IMG/VR virus record: IMGVR_UViG_3300020325_000034
Location: 1 to 37,256 of that record
Length of the DNA: 37,256 nt
DNA from: a virus
Lineage: Duplodnaviria; Caudoviricetes
Strand: one strand, 5' to 3'
Positions 12,601 through 19,719 of the stretch are shown here, piece by piece (positions within the stretch are counted from its first letter, which is position 1; each line of letters begins with the position of its first letter). The notes under the pieces are model-generated. The model was not told the origin of the DNA. It did not search any database and saw nothing but the letters and a program-made list of their open reading frames with translations. Position numbers and translations under genes: made by a program.

Positions 12601-15600
12601 TGTACTGCAACGTCAGCATCTGCTGCATACGTTGTAGAAACCTCAGGTAGTGTTCCACCCTCAACCTCTCTAAAGAATACCTTGTGAGGTGTTACAGAGG
12701 CAAATGGTACGTCGAAGATGTGTGGAACATCAGTCTCAATACCAGCGTTAATTGCACTGGTTAGTTTTGACTTGTAGTTATGGAGATCATACTTGGTATC
12801 AAGAACGAACTGATAGATATCGATTTCAACATCCTTGTCGATGCTCTCCGATTCAGATGAATAGAGATAGATACCTGCTGCTGCATTCTCCCTAGAGGTT
12901 GCAAGCATCAACTTAGTCTGATCACTACCATTGAAGAAGGTAGTGTTGCTGAAGTCATTTGGTGCTGTTGTTCTACCAGGAGCAATTACATAGTAAGTTG
13001 TGTTAGTCTCGAATCCATTAGGTAGTCTGACAAGACGCTTGTCAACGTCAACATACTTACCAGTTGTAGTATCGAAACGTGGACGTGGAACCAGTCTGAC
13101 TGGTGTGCCAGTTTCAAAGTCATGTGGGTTTGATGCACCAGTGCCAGTAGTATTGATCGTGAATACAGTTGCTCTAGATGCAAACAGTGCGATGTTAGCA
13201 GTCTGTTCTACTCTTGTTACACTACCAACACCACTGTTGATGATCGTGGTAATGTTTCCAACCAGTGTTTCGATTGCATCAGCAGTGCCAGCGCACTCTC
13301 TTTGAGATGGAGATGTTAGAGTATCTTGGATAACATCAGGACCTTCAGACTCAGGACCAACAACAACTGTGGTTGGTTCTGTATCTGCCCATGAACCTTG
13401 TGGGAAGGTGAAGTATAGATTAGTAGTTGTGCTGGTTGCCTGTGCTAATACAGATGCACCCTGCTCAAATCTAGAACCTCTAATGCCTAGTTCAATCTCA
13501 GTATTGCTGACGATTCTCTTGACATAAGTCTCTTCAGGGATGTTGCCGTAGATTGCACTCGCTCCATCCTGTAGTAGTCCATTGACATATGCAGGGTTGA
13601 CTAGATCAGTTTCATCATACTCAACAACCTTCATACCAATTAGAACACCACGAGTATCTCCAATGTCAATGATTGCAGAACCAGCAGTTGTAGAGCAATT
13701 GAATGCTAGGAAGTCGAAGTTTCTCATGGCAGCAGTTGCCATCTGTCCGACATAGTTCCATGCATCAATGGTCTCTGTCTTCTCACCATCGATGTAATCG
13801 AGTTGAGCACCACCAGTGATTAGAGCACCAGTAGCAGCACTTACAAATGTGTGGTTAGTCTGTGGTAGATGCTGGATTGCATTGTTTGTAGCAGATACAA
13901 ATGTATGCTGTGAAGTATCAGAAGATGTACCTACGTTGAGGGTGATCGTAGTTGCAGTTGTTGCAGTGATTGCAATAGACTTACCTGCAAATGGGTCAAC
14001 ACCAGGACGTGGATAGGTGTGCTGAGTCTGGTTGTTATCCAGAGCACAAGTAAATGTGAATGAATTGTTCTGAAGAACAACACCTTCTCCAACTGATAGA
14101 CTATGAGCACCAATCGTGCAAACCATGACACCAGTTGTTGGGTCGTAGTCAACAGCGGATGGAGACCAAGATTCGTTAGGACCAGAGATACCAACATTAC
14201 ATGTAATAGTATCTGCAGTAGTTCCAGTTACAAGAATAGAAGTACCAGCGTATGGATCAATACCAGGACGTGGATATGTCTTCTGGGTCTGATCATTATC
14301 CATTGCACATGTGAATGTGAATGAATTGTCAGCAAGTCTGATATATCTTCCTACCTGTGCATCATGACCAGCAACTGTCATGGTGAATACACCAGTTGCA
14401 GGATCATAGGTAGCATCAGTTGGAGTCCATGTTCTGGTTCCACTGGTTCCTACGTAGTATGCTTCACCTGCCTGTACAGAGTTGATGTTGCCGCCAAGTC
14501 TTAGGTCATTAACAACAGCGTCAACGATGTAAGATACATCACGGAAACACTTGGATGCTTCTGCATCAGTGATGAAGGATCCACGGTTGACAACAGGTAG
14601 ATCTTCTAGAGTCGATGAAGTGAATGCATCGAGTGCGATGTCAAACAGGTTCTCGATGCTGCTACGGACGTTAGCACAATCCCACTCACCATGATCAATT
14701 GCTGGGGGATCAAAGATGGAGGAAGAAGTGATGTCAGTGATGATACCGATCAGTGTATCAACGGTCTGTAGAACATCAGAGCAGTTATGAATTGTATACT
14801 CTGTTGGTTGAGCTGGTTCTGTTCTGGTGATACCATTGATATTACCAACACCAGCGTCAGTACCGATTGACTGGATAACGATACCCATTAGAGTATCGAA
14901 TGCACTGACTACAGCAGCACAGGAGTTTGCACCATAACCAGGAGAATCCCAATCTTCTACTAGAGTTGGATCAAAGGTCTGCTGAGACTGAGTGTTATTA
15001 GATACGGAAACTGCTCTGTTTCTAATGACATCTTGTGCAATTACATTTACTTCAACGAATACCTTCGCTGCCTCATCACGCTCAGGATCAAGGAACGTAG
15101 ATACTGCAACACCCTTCAGGATGCTATCAGTTGCTGCACTGACGAATGTATGTGCAGATGTATCAGAGGAGATACCTACATTAACAGTGATGGTGTTGAT
15201 TGTATTCGCTGTGATCTGAATCCACTGACCAGCATATGGATCCTGACCAGGACGTGGATAGGAGTGCTGGGTAGCATTGTTGTCCAGAGCACAGGTGAAT
15301 GTGATGCTGTTGTCAGCAATCTTAATGTAATCTCCAACAGACATTCCATGACCAGGAATGCTGAAGACTGATACTCCAGTTGCAGGATCATATGATACAT
15401 CAGTTGGGGTAAATCTCTCAGGATTTAGACCAGCAAAGATGTTGGTGACATATGTTTCTGCAGCATCATAAGTCTTGCTGTTTCCACCAAACTTAAGGTT
15501 CCATGCAACTTGATCTAGAACGTTATAAACATCGTCTAGGCAATCTTGCTTGGTGTTTGTTGGTTGTGGTTGATATGATGGATATGCAGCAAGCATACGC

Positions 15601-18600
15601 TCATATGCTTCCTCTGCAATAAACACTTTGTTTGCCATCAACTGATTAAATCCATCAGCATGACTATCAGATAGAACTACAGGATCACCGTAGTTGTCAA
15701 GGGTAATGGTGTTATCCTTGTAGTAAAGTCTGTTGTTGATTGCACGGTTGATAGCATCAGCAACTCGCTTGAATGCTGTGATTGACTGAGACTGCTCTCC
15801 AAGTAGACCGTCTGGAATTGGAGCACCATTTCTGTCAAAGTATGCTCTTGCAGCAGCAACACAATACTCATTACCACCAAACCAGAGATCCTGTTGTACA
15901 GCATCAAGGATGTGTCCAATATCTCTGCGGCACTTAGCTTCACCTGCAGGTGATTCTGATCCTGTAGGAGTAACATAGTTGGGATCAGATGGATCAGTGA
16001 TGCTGGTGTTATCACCATCCTGAATAACCTGAGTGACAATAGATGTTAGTGATGCGATTGCGTTCTGTACGTCAGTACATGCTGCAGCATCAGTGTTAGG
16101 AACATCACCATTGCCATCACCATAGACTGCTTCACCTTCACTGATGCCTGGGACATAACCAGGATCACCATCTACTCCAACTTCACGCTCATTATAACCA
16201 CCAGTTAGTTGGTTAGATACCGCAAGGATCATGTGATCTCTAGCAGCATTGTATCCCCAGATGCTCTGTGCTTCTTCGCCCTGTAGACCATTCTGGACCC
16301 AGTTGCCACCGTTGAAATACTGACCGATGAATTCTCTAGTCCATCTGTTGCCACCAAGGAAGATGTCCATACCGACAGCTTCGATGAAGTATGCTAGGTC
16401 TCTACGGCACTTCTCGTCGCTGTTGTTAGGGAAGACAAAGGTAGGGAACTGAGTATTGATTGCGTCAATAGCATACTGAATAGTATCATCAGCGTTTCTT
16501 CTGATAAAGCGATATGCTGACTTGAAACGTGATCTTGCAGTCTCCTGAGCATCGTTAGGGAAGTAGAAGAACGGTGCTTGCTCTTCGTATACAGCAATCT
16601 CAGCGAGTGCATTGTCAAGAATAAAGTCTCTGTTGCCCTCGATGAGGTTGTAGGTAGTCTTATATCTCTTAGCATCTTTGCTAGAGAGATCATAAGTTAC
16701 ACCGTTAGTTGTTAGTGCTGCCTCTTCTGCCTCAGAACCAGTGTATCCATTAACAATAGGACCACAGGGGTTGTTCTGCTTGAGTGATAGGTCAGGTGCT
16801 GTGCCACTTGGATCATAAAGATCTGCCTTGACACTCAAGAGGTTAGCAATTGCTTGCTTACAGAGGTCTCTTGCTCTTGCAAGTCCCCACATATACTGCT
16901 CTTCAGAACCAAGATATGTCTGGTCGATGGTTCCATCACCATTGAAGTATTCTCTAACCTTCTCAATGATGTTGTAGTTGCCACCGTCTCTAAGGTCTTC
17001 TGCAACAGCATCAACAATGAATCCAATTTCATCTGGTTGGATTGATGTGCTACCGTAAGTGTCAAGCAGAGACGCCATAACAGTACCAACAATCTGTTGT
17101 CTGTTATCAATGATTAGGTTGCGAGCATCAAAGTATCTGTTCGCTTGAGGATCTCTACCTGGGTTGACATAAGAGATGTTCTGGAGTCTTGGATACTTCT
17201 CTAGAATATAACCGAAGACTTCCTCTTGGATCATGCGACGGTTGCTTTCAATTAGATTAGCAGCGTCTGAATATACACTATTAACACTGAATCCAGATGG
17301 ATTTAGAATAGATGGTGCAGCAATATACTTAACGAAACCAGTTGGTTCTAGTGATACATTGAACTCCTCTGTACCACCAGCAGTTGCTGGATCTAGTTTT
17401 ACATATAGTTTTTCTTCACTCTTTGCACCTAGTCTATAACCATTGATGGTTACAGCAGGACGATCAATTGGTTGAATGATGTCTTCACTACCAAGGAACA
17501 ACTTGGTGTAGTTGCTTTGCTCTTGGATAGTACCTTGAATGTCAATAGTGTAGTATTGAACTTTCTTGGTGTTTGCTGCAGACTCCTCAATAACCTTTGG
17601 AGGAATAATGTCAGTAATATAACCTGCTTTATCTTGGTTAAAGGCGAAACCTTTGAAACCAATAGCGTGTAGTGAGGTATTACCAAAGTTGGAGTTCGAG
17701 TTGGTGATCGACATATCACCACCACTTTCCATCAGGAAGTGATCAGCGAAACCAACAGCGAAGATCGAAACGTTCTGGATGAATGCATCTTCTGATGCAC
17801 GAACGTGGAAGTTTCTCCAGTCATCCTTCCAGTAAGAATCACCCTTGGTGTGATAAGGAACAGTAGCAAATGCATCAGTTAGTGATGCTTGGTTCCAAGT
17901 GTTAGAATACTCGTCGTAGCGGATGAATGCTCTGTCGTCTTTCTGTAGCGAAACACCCGTGTACTGCGCGATAACCATCGACTTAAAGCCTGTCGCCTTA
18001 AGACCGTTTGCCCAGATGCCGCAAATACCCCAGGTAGAACGGATAGAACAGTTAAAGACATACGGAGATGCAGACTCAACCGAGTCAACTTCCGCTAGAG
18101 TTAGCGCATTAGAACCTAGTGCTGGCGTAGTATCTACGCTAATTGTCTGTCCTGCTGCGATACCAGTGCCAATTGCACTAACAACTTCCGCAACTTCGTA
18201 AGTAAATTTACGTGGGTCGTTCTGATCAATAGCTTTGATGGGGAAGATACCCTCAAGTACGCTATCAATTTCCGTGTTTGAGATAGCAACAAACTGACCA
18301 GCAAAGTATCCGTGGTCAACCTTAGTTGTTACTTCAATCTCAGATGTAGATGCAGGCAGAGATGGGATAGTTGTAGCATCATTGAACTTCAGAGATTCAA
18401 TAACTCTGGAGTCAGATAGAGGACCTACAATTCTGTTCTCTTGTACTCTTGTATCAAATTCGCCTGGATCATCAATAGTGGGTTGATATGCAGAGAAACC
18501 TTTAGCGATCTTTCTGTAGAATAGACCTAGTTCTTCTGTATCTGCATATTCAAATACAGTTAGTTTGTGGTGAGAATAGTTTGGAGCGTTCTTTTTGGTG

Positions 18601-19220
18601 AAGTCAGTAGGGTCGTAGTAAACCTCACCAGTGCCATCTACGTTATTGTAGAGAGGAGATTCTGCAGTGGTCTGACCATCTTTGATAGTGAATTGCCAGA
18701 AGTAGCAACCACCAGTTACATTGAAGATAGCAGAGCGAGGAACAGTTACCGACGCAGGGTCAGGAACATATAGAGGACGAACAACAGTACGGCGAAGATC
18801 ATAACCGACGAGAGATGAACCTCTGGGGATGATTGCACCACCCTCAGTGTTGTTAAACTTATAGAGGACGTTATCAGGGTTTGAGATATCTAGAATGGAG
18901 TTGTCTGTCCACTCGTTATTTGCTTGGTCGAAACCAAAGACATCAATTAGGTTAGTATCTGCTACACCAGGACGGTTGTCGATGTAGTGAATACCAGGCA
19001 TCAGCATGATGCTGAACTGGTCAAACCTATCATTACCAAAACCAGGCAGATAAGAATATCTTGCGATTTCTAGGAAAGCACGCTGGATGCTCTTAAATGG
19101 TGTTACAGGTGAATTACCTCTATTAGATAACGCATCTGTCGCGTTGAAATCATCAGGAGAAACATAAAGATACTTACCAGTTTTGCTGCTGATAAGGTTA
19201 TCCAGACGTGTTAATGGCAT
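6618..19220 (-). CDS. Giant virion structural/fibre protein (4200 aa) with an N-terminal beta-helix-like region, five phycobiliprotein-like helical repeats, beta-sandwich repeats and a fibre-like C-terminus
   Basis: Uninterrupted 12.6-kb ORF behind a perfect T4 late promoter. The N-terminus MPLTRLDNL...LYVSP...PFKSIQRA resembles a widespread cyanomyovirus structural protein family. The C-terminus FKLPTNPLIGDTIRIID resembles T4 fibre/baseplate repeats. Confidence 0.85.
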   Translation of the reverse strand: MPLTRLDNLISSKTGKYLYVSPDDFNATDALSNRGNSPVTPFKSIQRAFLEIARYSYLPGFGNDRFDQFSIMLMPGIHYIDNRPGVADTNLIDVFGFDQANNEWTDNSILDISNPDNVLYKFNNTEGGAIIPRGSSLVGYDLRRTVVRPLYVPDPASVTVPRSAIFNVTGGCYFWQFTIKDGQTTAESPLYNNVDGTGEVYYDPTDFTKKNAPNYSHHKLTVFEYADTEELGLFYRKIAKGFSAYQPTIDDPGEFDTRVQENRIVGPLSDSRVIESLKFNDATTIPSLPASTSEIEVTTKVDHGYFAGQFVAISNTEIDSVLEGIFPIKAIDQNDPRKFTYEVAEVVSAIGTGIAAGQTISVDTTPALGSNALTLAEVDSVESASPYVFNCSIRSTWGICGIWANGLKATGFKSMVIAQYTGVSLQKDDRAFIRYDEYSNTWNQASLTDAFATVPYHTKGDSYWKDDWRNFHVRASEDAFIQNVSIFAVGFADHFLMESGGDMSITNSNSNFGNTSLHAIGFKGFAFNQDKAGYITDIIPPKVIEESAANTKKVQYYTIDIQGTIQEQSNYTKLFLGSEDIIQPIDRPAVTINGYRLGAKSEEKLYVKLDPATAGGTEEFNVSLEPTGFVKYIAAPSILNPSGFSVNSVYSDAANLIESNRRMIQEEVFGYILEKYPRLQNISYVNPGRDPQANRYFDARNLIIDNRQQIVGTVMASLLDTYGSTSIQPDEIGFIVDAVAEDLRDGGNYNIIEKVREYFNGDGTIDQTYLGSEEQYMWGLARARDLCKQAIANLLSVKADLYDPSGTAPDLSLKQNNPCGPIVNGYTGSEAEEAALTTNGVTYDLSSKDAKRYKTTYNLIEGNRDFILDNALAEIAVYEEQAPFFYFPNDAQETARSRFKSAYRFIRRNADDTIQYAIDAINTQFPTFVFPNNSDEKCRRDLAYFIEAVGMDIFLGGNRWTREFIGQYFNGGNWVQNGLQGEEAQSIWGYNAARDHMILAVSNQLTGGYNEREVGVDGDPGYVPGISEGEAVYGDGNGDVPNTDAAACTDVQNAIASLTSIVTQVIQDGDNTSITDPSDPNYVTPTGSESPAGEAKCRRDIGHILDAVQQDLWFGGNEYCVAAARAYFDRNGAPIPDGLLGEQSQSITAFKRVADAINRAINNRLYYKDNTITLDNYGDPVVLSDSHADGFNQLMANKVFIAEEAYERMLAAYPSYQPQPTNTKQDCLDDVYNVLDQVAWNLKFGGNSKTYDAAETYVTNIFAGLNPERFTPTDVSYDPATGVSVFSIPGHGMSVGDYIKIADNSITFTCALDNNATQHSYPRPGQDPYAGQWIQITANTINTITVNVGISSDTSAHTFVSAATDSILKGVAVSTFLDPERDEAAKVFVEVNVIAQDVIRNRAVSVSNNTQSQQTFDPTLVEDWDSPGYGANSCAAVVSAFDTLMGIVIQSIGTDAGVGNINGITRTEPAQPTEYTIHNCSDVLQTVDTLIGIITDITSSSIFDPPAIDHGEWDCANVRSSIENLFDIALDAFTSSTLEDLPVVNRGSFITDAEASKCFRDVSYIVDAVVNDLRLGGNINSVQAGEAYYVGTSGTRTWTPTDATYDPATGVFTMTVAGHDAQVGRYIRLADNSFTFTCAMDNDQTQKTYPRPGIDPYAGTSILVTGTTADTITCNVGISGPNESWSPSAVDYDPTTGVMVCTIGAHSLSVGEGVVLQNNSFTFTCALDNNQTQHTYPRPGVDPFAGKSIAITATTATTITLNVGTSSDTSQHTFVSATNNAIQHLPQTNHTFVSAATGALITGGAQLDYIDGEKTETIDAWNYVGQMATAAMRNFDFLAFNCSTTAGSAIIDIGDTRGVLIGMKVVEYDETDLVNPAYVNGLLQDGASAIYGNIPEETYVKRIVSNTEIELGIRGSRFEQGASVLAQATSTTTNLYFTFPQGSWADTEPTTVVVGPESEGPDVIQDTLTSPSQRECAGTADAIETLVGNITTIINSGVGSVTRVEQTANIALFASRATVFTINTTGTGASNPHDFETGTPVRLVPRPRFDTTTGKYVDVDKRLVRLPNGFETNTTYYVIAPGRTTAPNDFSNTTFFNGSDQTKLMLATSRENAAAGIYLYSSESESIDKDVEIDIYQFVLDTKYDLHNYKSKLTSAINAGIETDVPHIFDVPFASVTPHKVFFREVEGGTLPEVSTTYAADADVAVQDPNDANFGKINPQIEFFARYQNDRVFTIHKTHADAINNVNPITFVPGQTITFNVYANKRRSPVKFDPSFSRLTNKSGKWYVNCKDEGSANNLQAIRENNIFWRIKQSDLADRNRSTDMWYTRLEDERGADDRTYKIRYVIPKYIENARDPINGFVIKTKTDDTRKLVPQKILLKPVAGTVYGARFENPRQAGEFIGVDQANFDAASLNIDAAYDPYLSPAFARFNSGIQATIQSARYVEDRLDPSIQYLEMTVFDHTVDTLNFGGLRNESFTTVKINAPQGGEWTVNKTESTTANQITWSGNSTGLANLHAYMTVNGEHYLILKNVRGGKLEFSEYYNTRFQQGTTFADMLEDQDMGKSLPLKTLIKKKYPEYFYKQNGANVYTITPGDRIQDDAGVEYYVESVEDAGIIDDTFYVFSYETLQRRIAGQQDGVYYLSCLRGNISPFPTGAGAGGNFRKFNFSQPVSRLYPLDYKNDPLWFKKNGTSTEELALAVQSIDPPSTFSAADNYIHGLVTTNDYKNSVTKELVEDFINQPAFIMNDYSGSNAIQAQEGNATSGSEDRKIKISGNSTVLADQKYYVELRRPSIARAGNHTFEYLGFGPGNYSTGLPARQEIVLTATEDFYAQSKKQDGGIVFYTGLNSNGDLYIGNRKINAITGEETFLEAAVLESSADDDEDIGNLVTTFDTPVTFNQNITVVGGDGSQQNVFQSPVVISVQDNDLSEVRDTLIIRSNVSSVDPITNLEQDESLDRTAFKVVNDGDIRISKNRVQAAVFGFNARGTGQGYQIQTHITNGIPSNITPNNNAVPADGGDRVYANQFVSYNGVAVKAGDILLKGVEVGKTGSWGWIYANYFQTIAQSNIFTIEFDATNIVKLTFIDDQGVNVPNSAIGLTSGSQIRLNNYPDSRLNSVWSVFSPNGDAFDPTNNYVHFQIIDAIPANTLSWGGTGGVTDVPAGQAAATIDFSNSNWKEMGVVGAEALRTNTETIGDYKLGINTIARASHLATQTAWISDETDPRANLDVVGNVFITGKTVPNFLTETTVARTENPMDNALLVGGDSNDPDDDAVLRVMTTNGGRLGINTSVNDVVNPQNNLDQTLVVVGTGRITGDTEFSSDIQVNGGDLTTTNNTFNFVPQNANILNWAGEGQIFNFLNNTTVDQSINIANSSGTQTLQIGNAATQSSLRIHRNSTNAIVDIASVNDDVANNCEIVLGGAWGNTASYTEIGTRQLLVAGELEIGTRYGAGTSTSRLFTQTRTVDLFDGDQTNTVNFAVNATQLQMGSTGGSTTVRNTLNVLASAVVEGNIRLDGGLNAGILEIGRGKFGTTIVPHNVGGLENPNIDFYKYQSTGKFIDTAGVSTWGSNAFLLAGGQIASIDTIVNNGAAFRPSATYSFLTATTTGIGTGATFTVLVRADSTIDITVESPGSGYVAGDTLTIGNDQLGGGVGGGDLTFNVGSTNDAGQTYFLPITTPTITDFKVGDLLLIDRGDAASPDSVGVAPNQLTGLRDESQSEIVRVIGLANVANPADPNGYRLIVNRGQEGTGVYDNHPDNCVIAKLVKQSNASFITGSDLDLDGNIDIPESGISNGAGNVRIGVAEFGGTISTRDLLRLTASEFVSIEDLISTSPQSLSVNDGGSPAAEVFKVESTTGDTYIFGDILAGTGFNRFTVDSDTGNTITQGTLTTNNTLTVRGSTFAADVGSADFEQNGSPAPFANSQLFKLTPQGNTEFLTLTNGGTTGTQEAVTFQVDTATGSIYSLGDMRFYGKDENGVADQTVPRLEFINSSGDFTVYGSLSALGSGPSTFGGSIVVNTGGLDMTFRDGGGEAQDRRVVVKDENEGELFSIESDGAMQVAGINNYFTRTGGNKWVNSSNTVIQAEANVNYFVNPGGNTLFKLPTNPLIGDTIRIIDISGALTYDRTLVVRAPDDTKVQGELSNTGSAVLTGVSPSAYAGHNGGELVVQTPHAAFGLVYAGALNPDGSSSTVPSAQTGWYLMDV
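13230..17270 (-). repeat. Five phycobiliprotein-like helical repeats within the giant protein
   Basis: Repeated motifs: DAxNLIxxNxxxI (5 copies); KCxRDxxxxxxAVxxDLxxGGN (5 copies, Cys codons at 16409, 15932, 15542 and 14549, one copy without Cys); ExxxxxxxxxxA helix (5 copies); C-x-x-V-x-x-x-I-x-x-L helix (5 copies, Cys codons at 16079, 14921, 14783, 14678, 13295). Confidence 0.75.
13820..15413 (-). repeat. Three ~95-aa beta-rich repeats (YDPxTG...H...VG...NSxTFTCAxDNxxTQxxYPRPGxDP...HTFVSA)
   Basis: Copies start at about 15413, 14429 and 14168 and are directly visible in the translation. Confidence 0.9.
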
Positions 19221-19259
19221 GATTATTCTGACCCTGCAGTATAAATTTATCCTCGGATT

Positions 19260-19267
19260 TATTTATA
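19260..19267 (-). promoter_or_regulatory. T4-type late promoter TATAAATA
   Basis: Exact T4 gp55 consensus, 40 bp upstream of the giant gene ATG. Confidence 0.85.
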
Positions 19268-19367
19268 CACGAGGTCTATACCTGTCCCTGAGAATAAGCA
19301 TTCTTACTAATTCTTTTGAACACATGTAAATGTATCCAAATTGTTCTCTATAAGTTGTTCTATACAT
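19263..19367 (-). CDS. Possible 34-aa micro-ORF MYRTTYREQFGYIYMCSKELVRMLILRDRYRPRV
   Basis: It fills the gap between tRNA-Asn and the late promoter exactly; GGAGG lies 4 nt upstream of the ATG. Confidence 0.35.
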   Translation of the reverse strand: MYRTTYREQFGYIYMCSKELVRMLILRDRYRPRV

Positions 19368-19369
19368 AA

Positions 19370-19443
19370 CTCCTCCACCTGGACTCGAACCAGGAACCTA
19401 TTGATTAACAGTCAACCGCTCTGCCTGATTGAGCTATAGAGGA
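19370..19443 (-). tRNA. trnN: tRNA-Asn (GTT)
   Basis: TCCTCTA/TGGAGGA acceptor, anticodon arm TTGA-CTGTTAA-TCAA, T-loop GGTTCGAGTCC; no encoded CCA. Confidence 0.95.
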
Positions 19444-19445
19444 TT

Positions 19446-19570
19446 GGGAATAACCGCTGCAGCGTCCCACAGCGGTAGCACCAAGAGGGATCCCACCTCT
19501 CTCTCACATGGGTTGGTTTTCCAGTTCTTTTTTCTCCTGGAGATGTGAGCACGGATGTCGCCAATCCGTT
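19446..19570 (-). ncRNA. Structured non-coding RNA between tRNA-Ala and tRNA-Asn (family unassigned; manA-like context)
   Basis: Consecutive stems ACGGAT/ATCCGT, CTCACAT/ATGTGAG enclosing CCAG/CTGG, AGAGG/CCTCT and ACCGCTG/CAGCGGT. Confidence 0.6.
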
Positions 19571-19572
19571 TA

Positions 19573-19645
19573 TGGAGAATAGGAGACTCGAACTCCTGAC
19601 AGCCTGCTTGCAAAGCAGGTGCTCTACCAACTGAGCTAATTCCCC
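19573..19645 (-). tRNA. trnA: tRNA-Ala (TGC)
   Basis: GGGGAAT/ATTCTCC acceptor with the G3:U70 identity pair, anticodon arm CCTGC-TTTGCAA-GCAGG, GTTCGAGTC. Confidence 0.96.
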
Positions 19646-19647
19646 AG

Positions 19648-19719
19648 AGCCTTCGACAAGATTTGAACTTGCGACCTGAGCTTTACAAAAGCCCTGCTCT
19701 ACCACTGAGCTACAAAGGC
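19648..19719 (-). tRNA. trnT: tRNA-Thr (TGT)
   Basis: GCCTTTG/CGAAGGC acceptor, anticodon arm GGGCT-TTTGTAA-AGCTC, GTTCAAATC. Confidence 0.95.

Noticed and set aside
6981-18773. Many 60-160 aa overlapping or antisense ORFs within the giant gene
   Set aside because: Their Leu/Val/Met- or Ser/Thr/Pro-rich composition is what biased codon usage gives in other frames; no recognisable motifs.
6618-19220. Intein, intron or diversity-generating retroelement in the giant gene
   Set aside because: I saw no intein splice or LAGLIDADG motifs, the frame is uninterrupted, and there is no reverse transcriptase or adenine-specific repeat pair.
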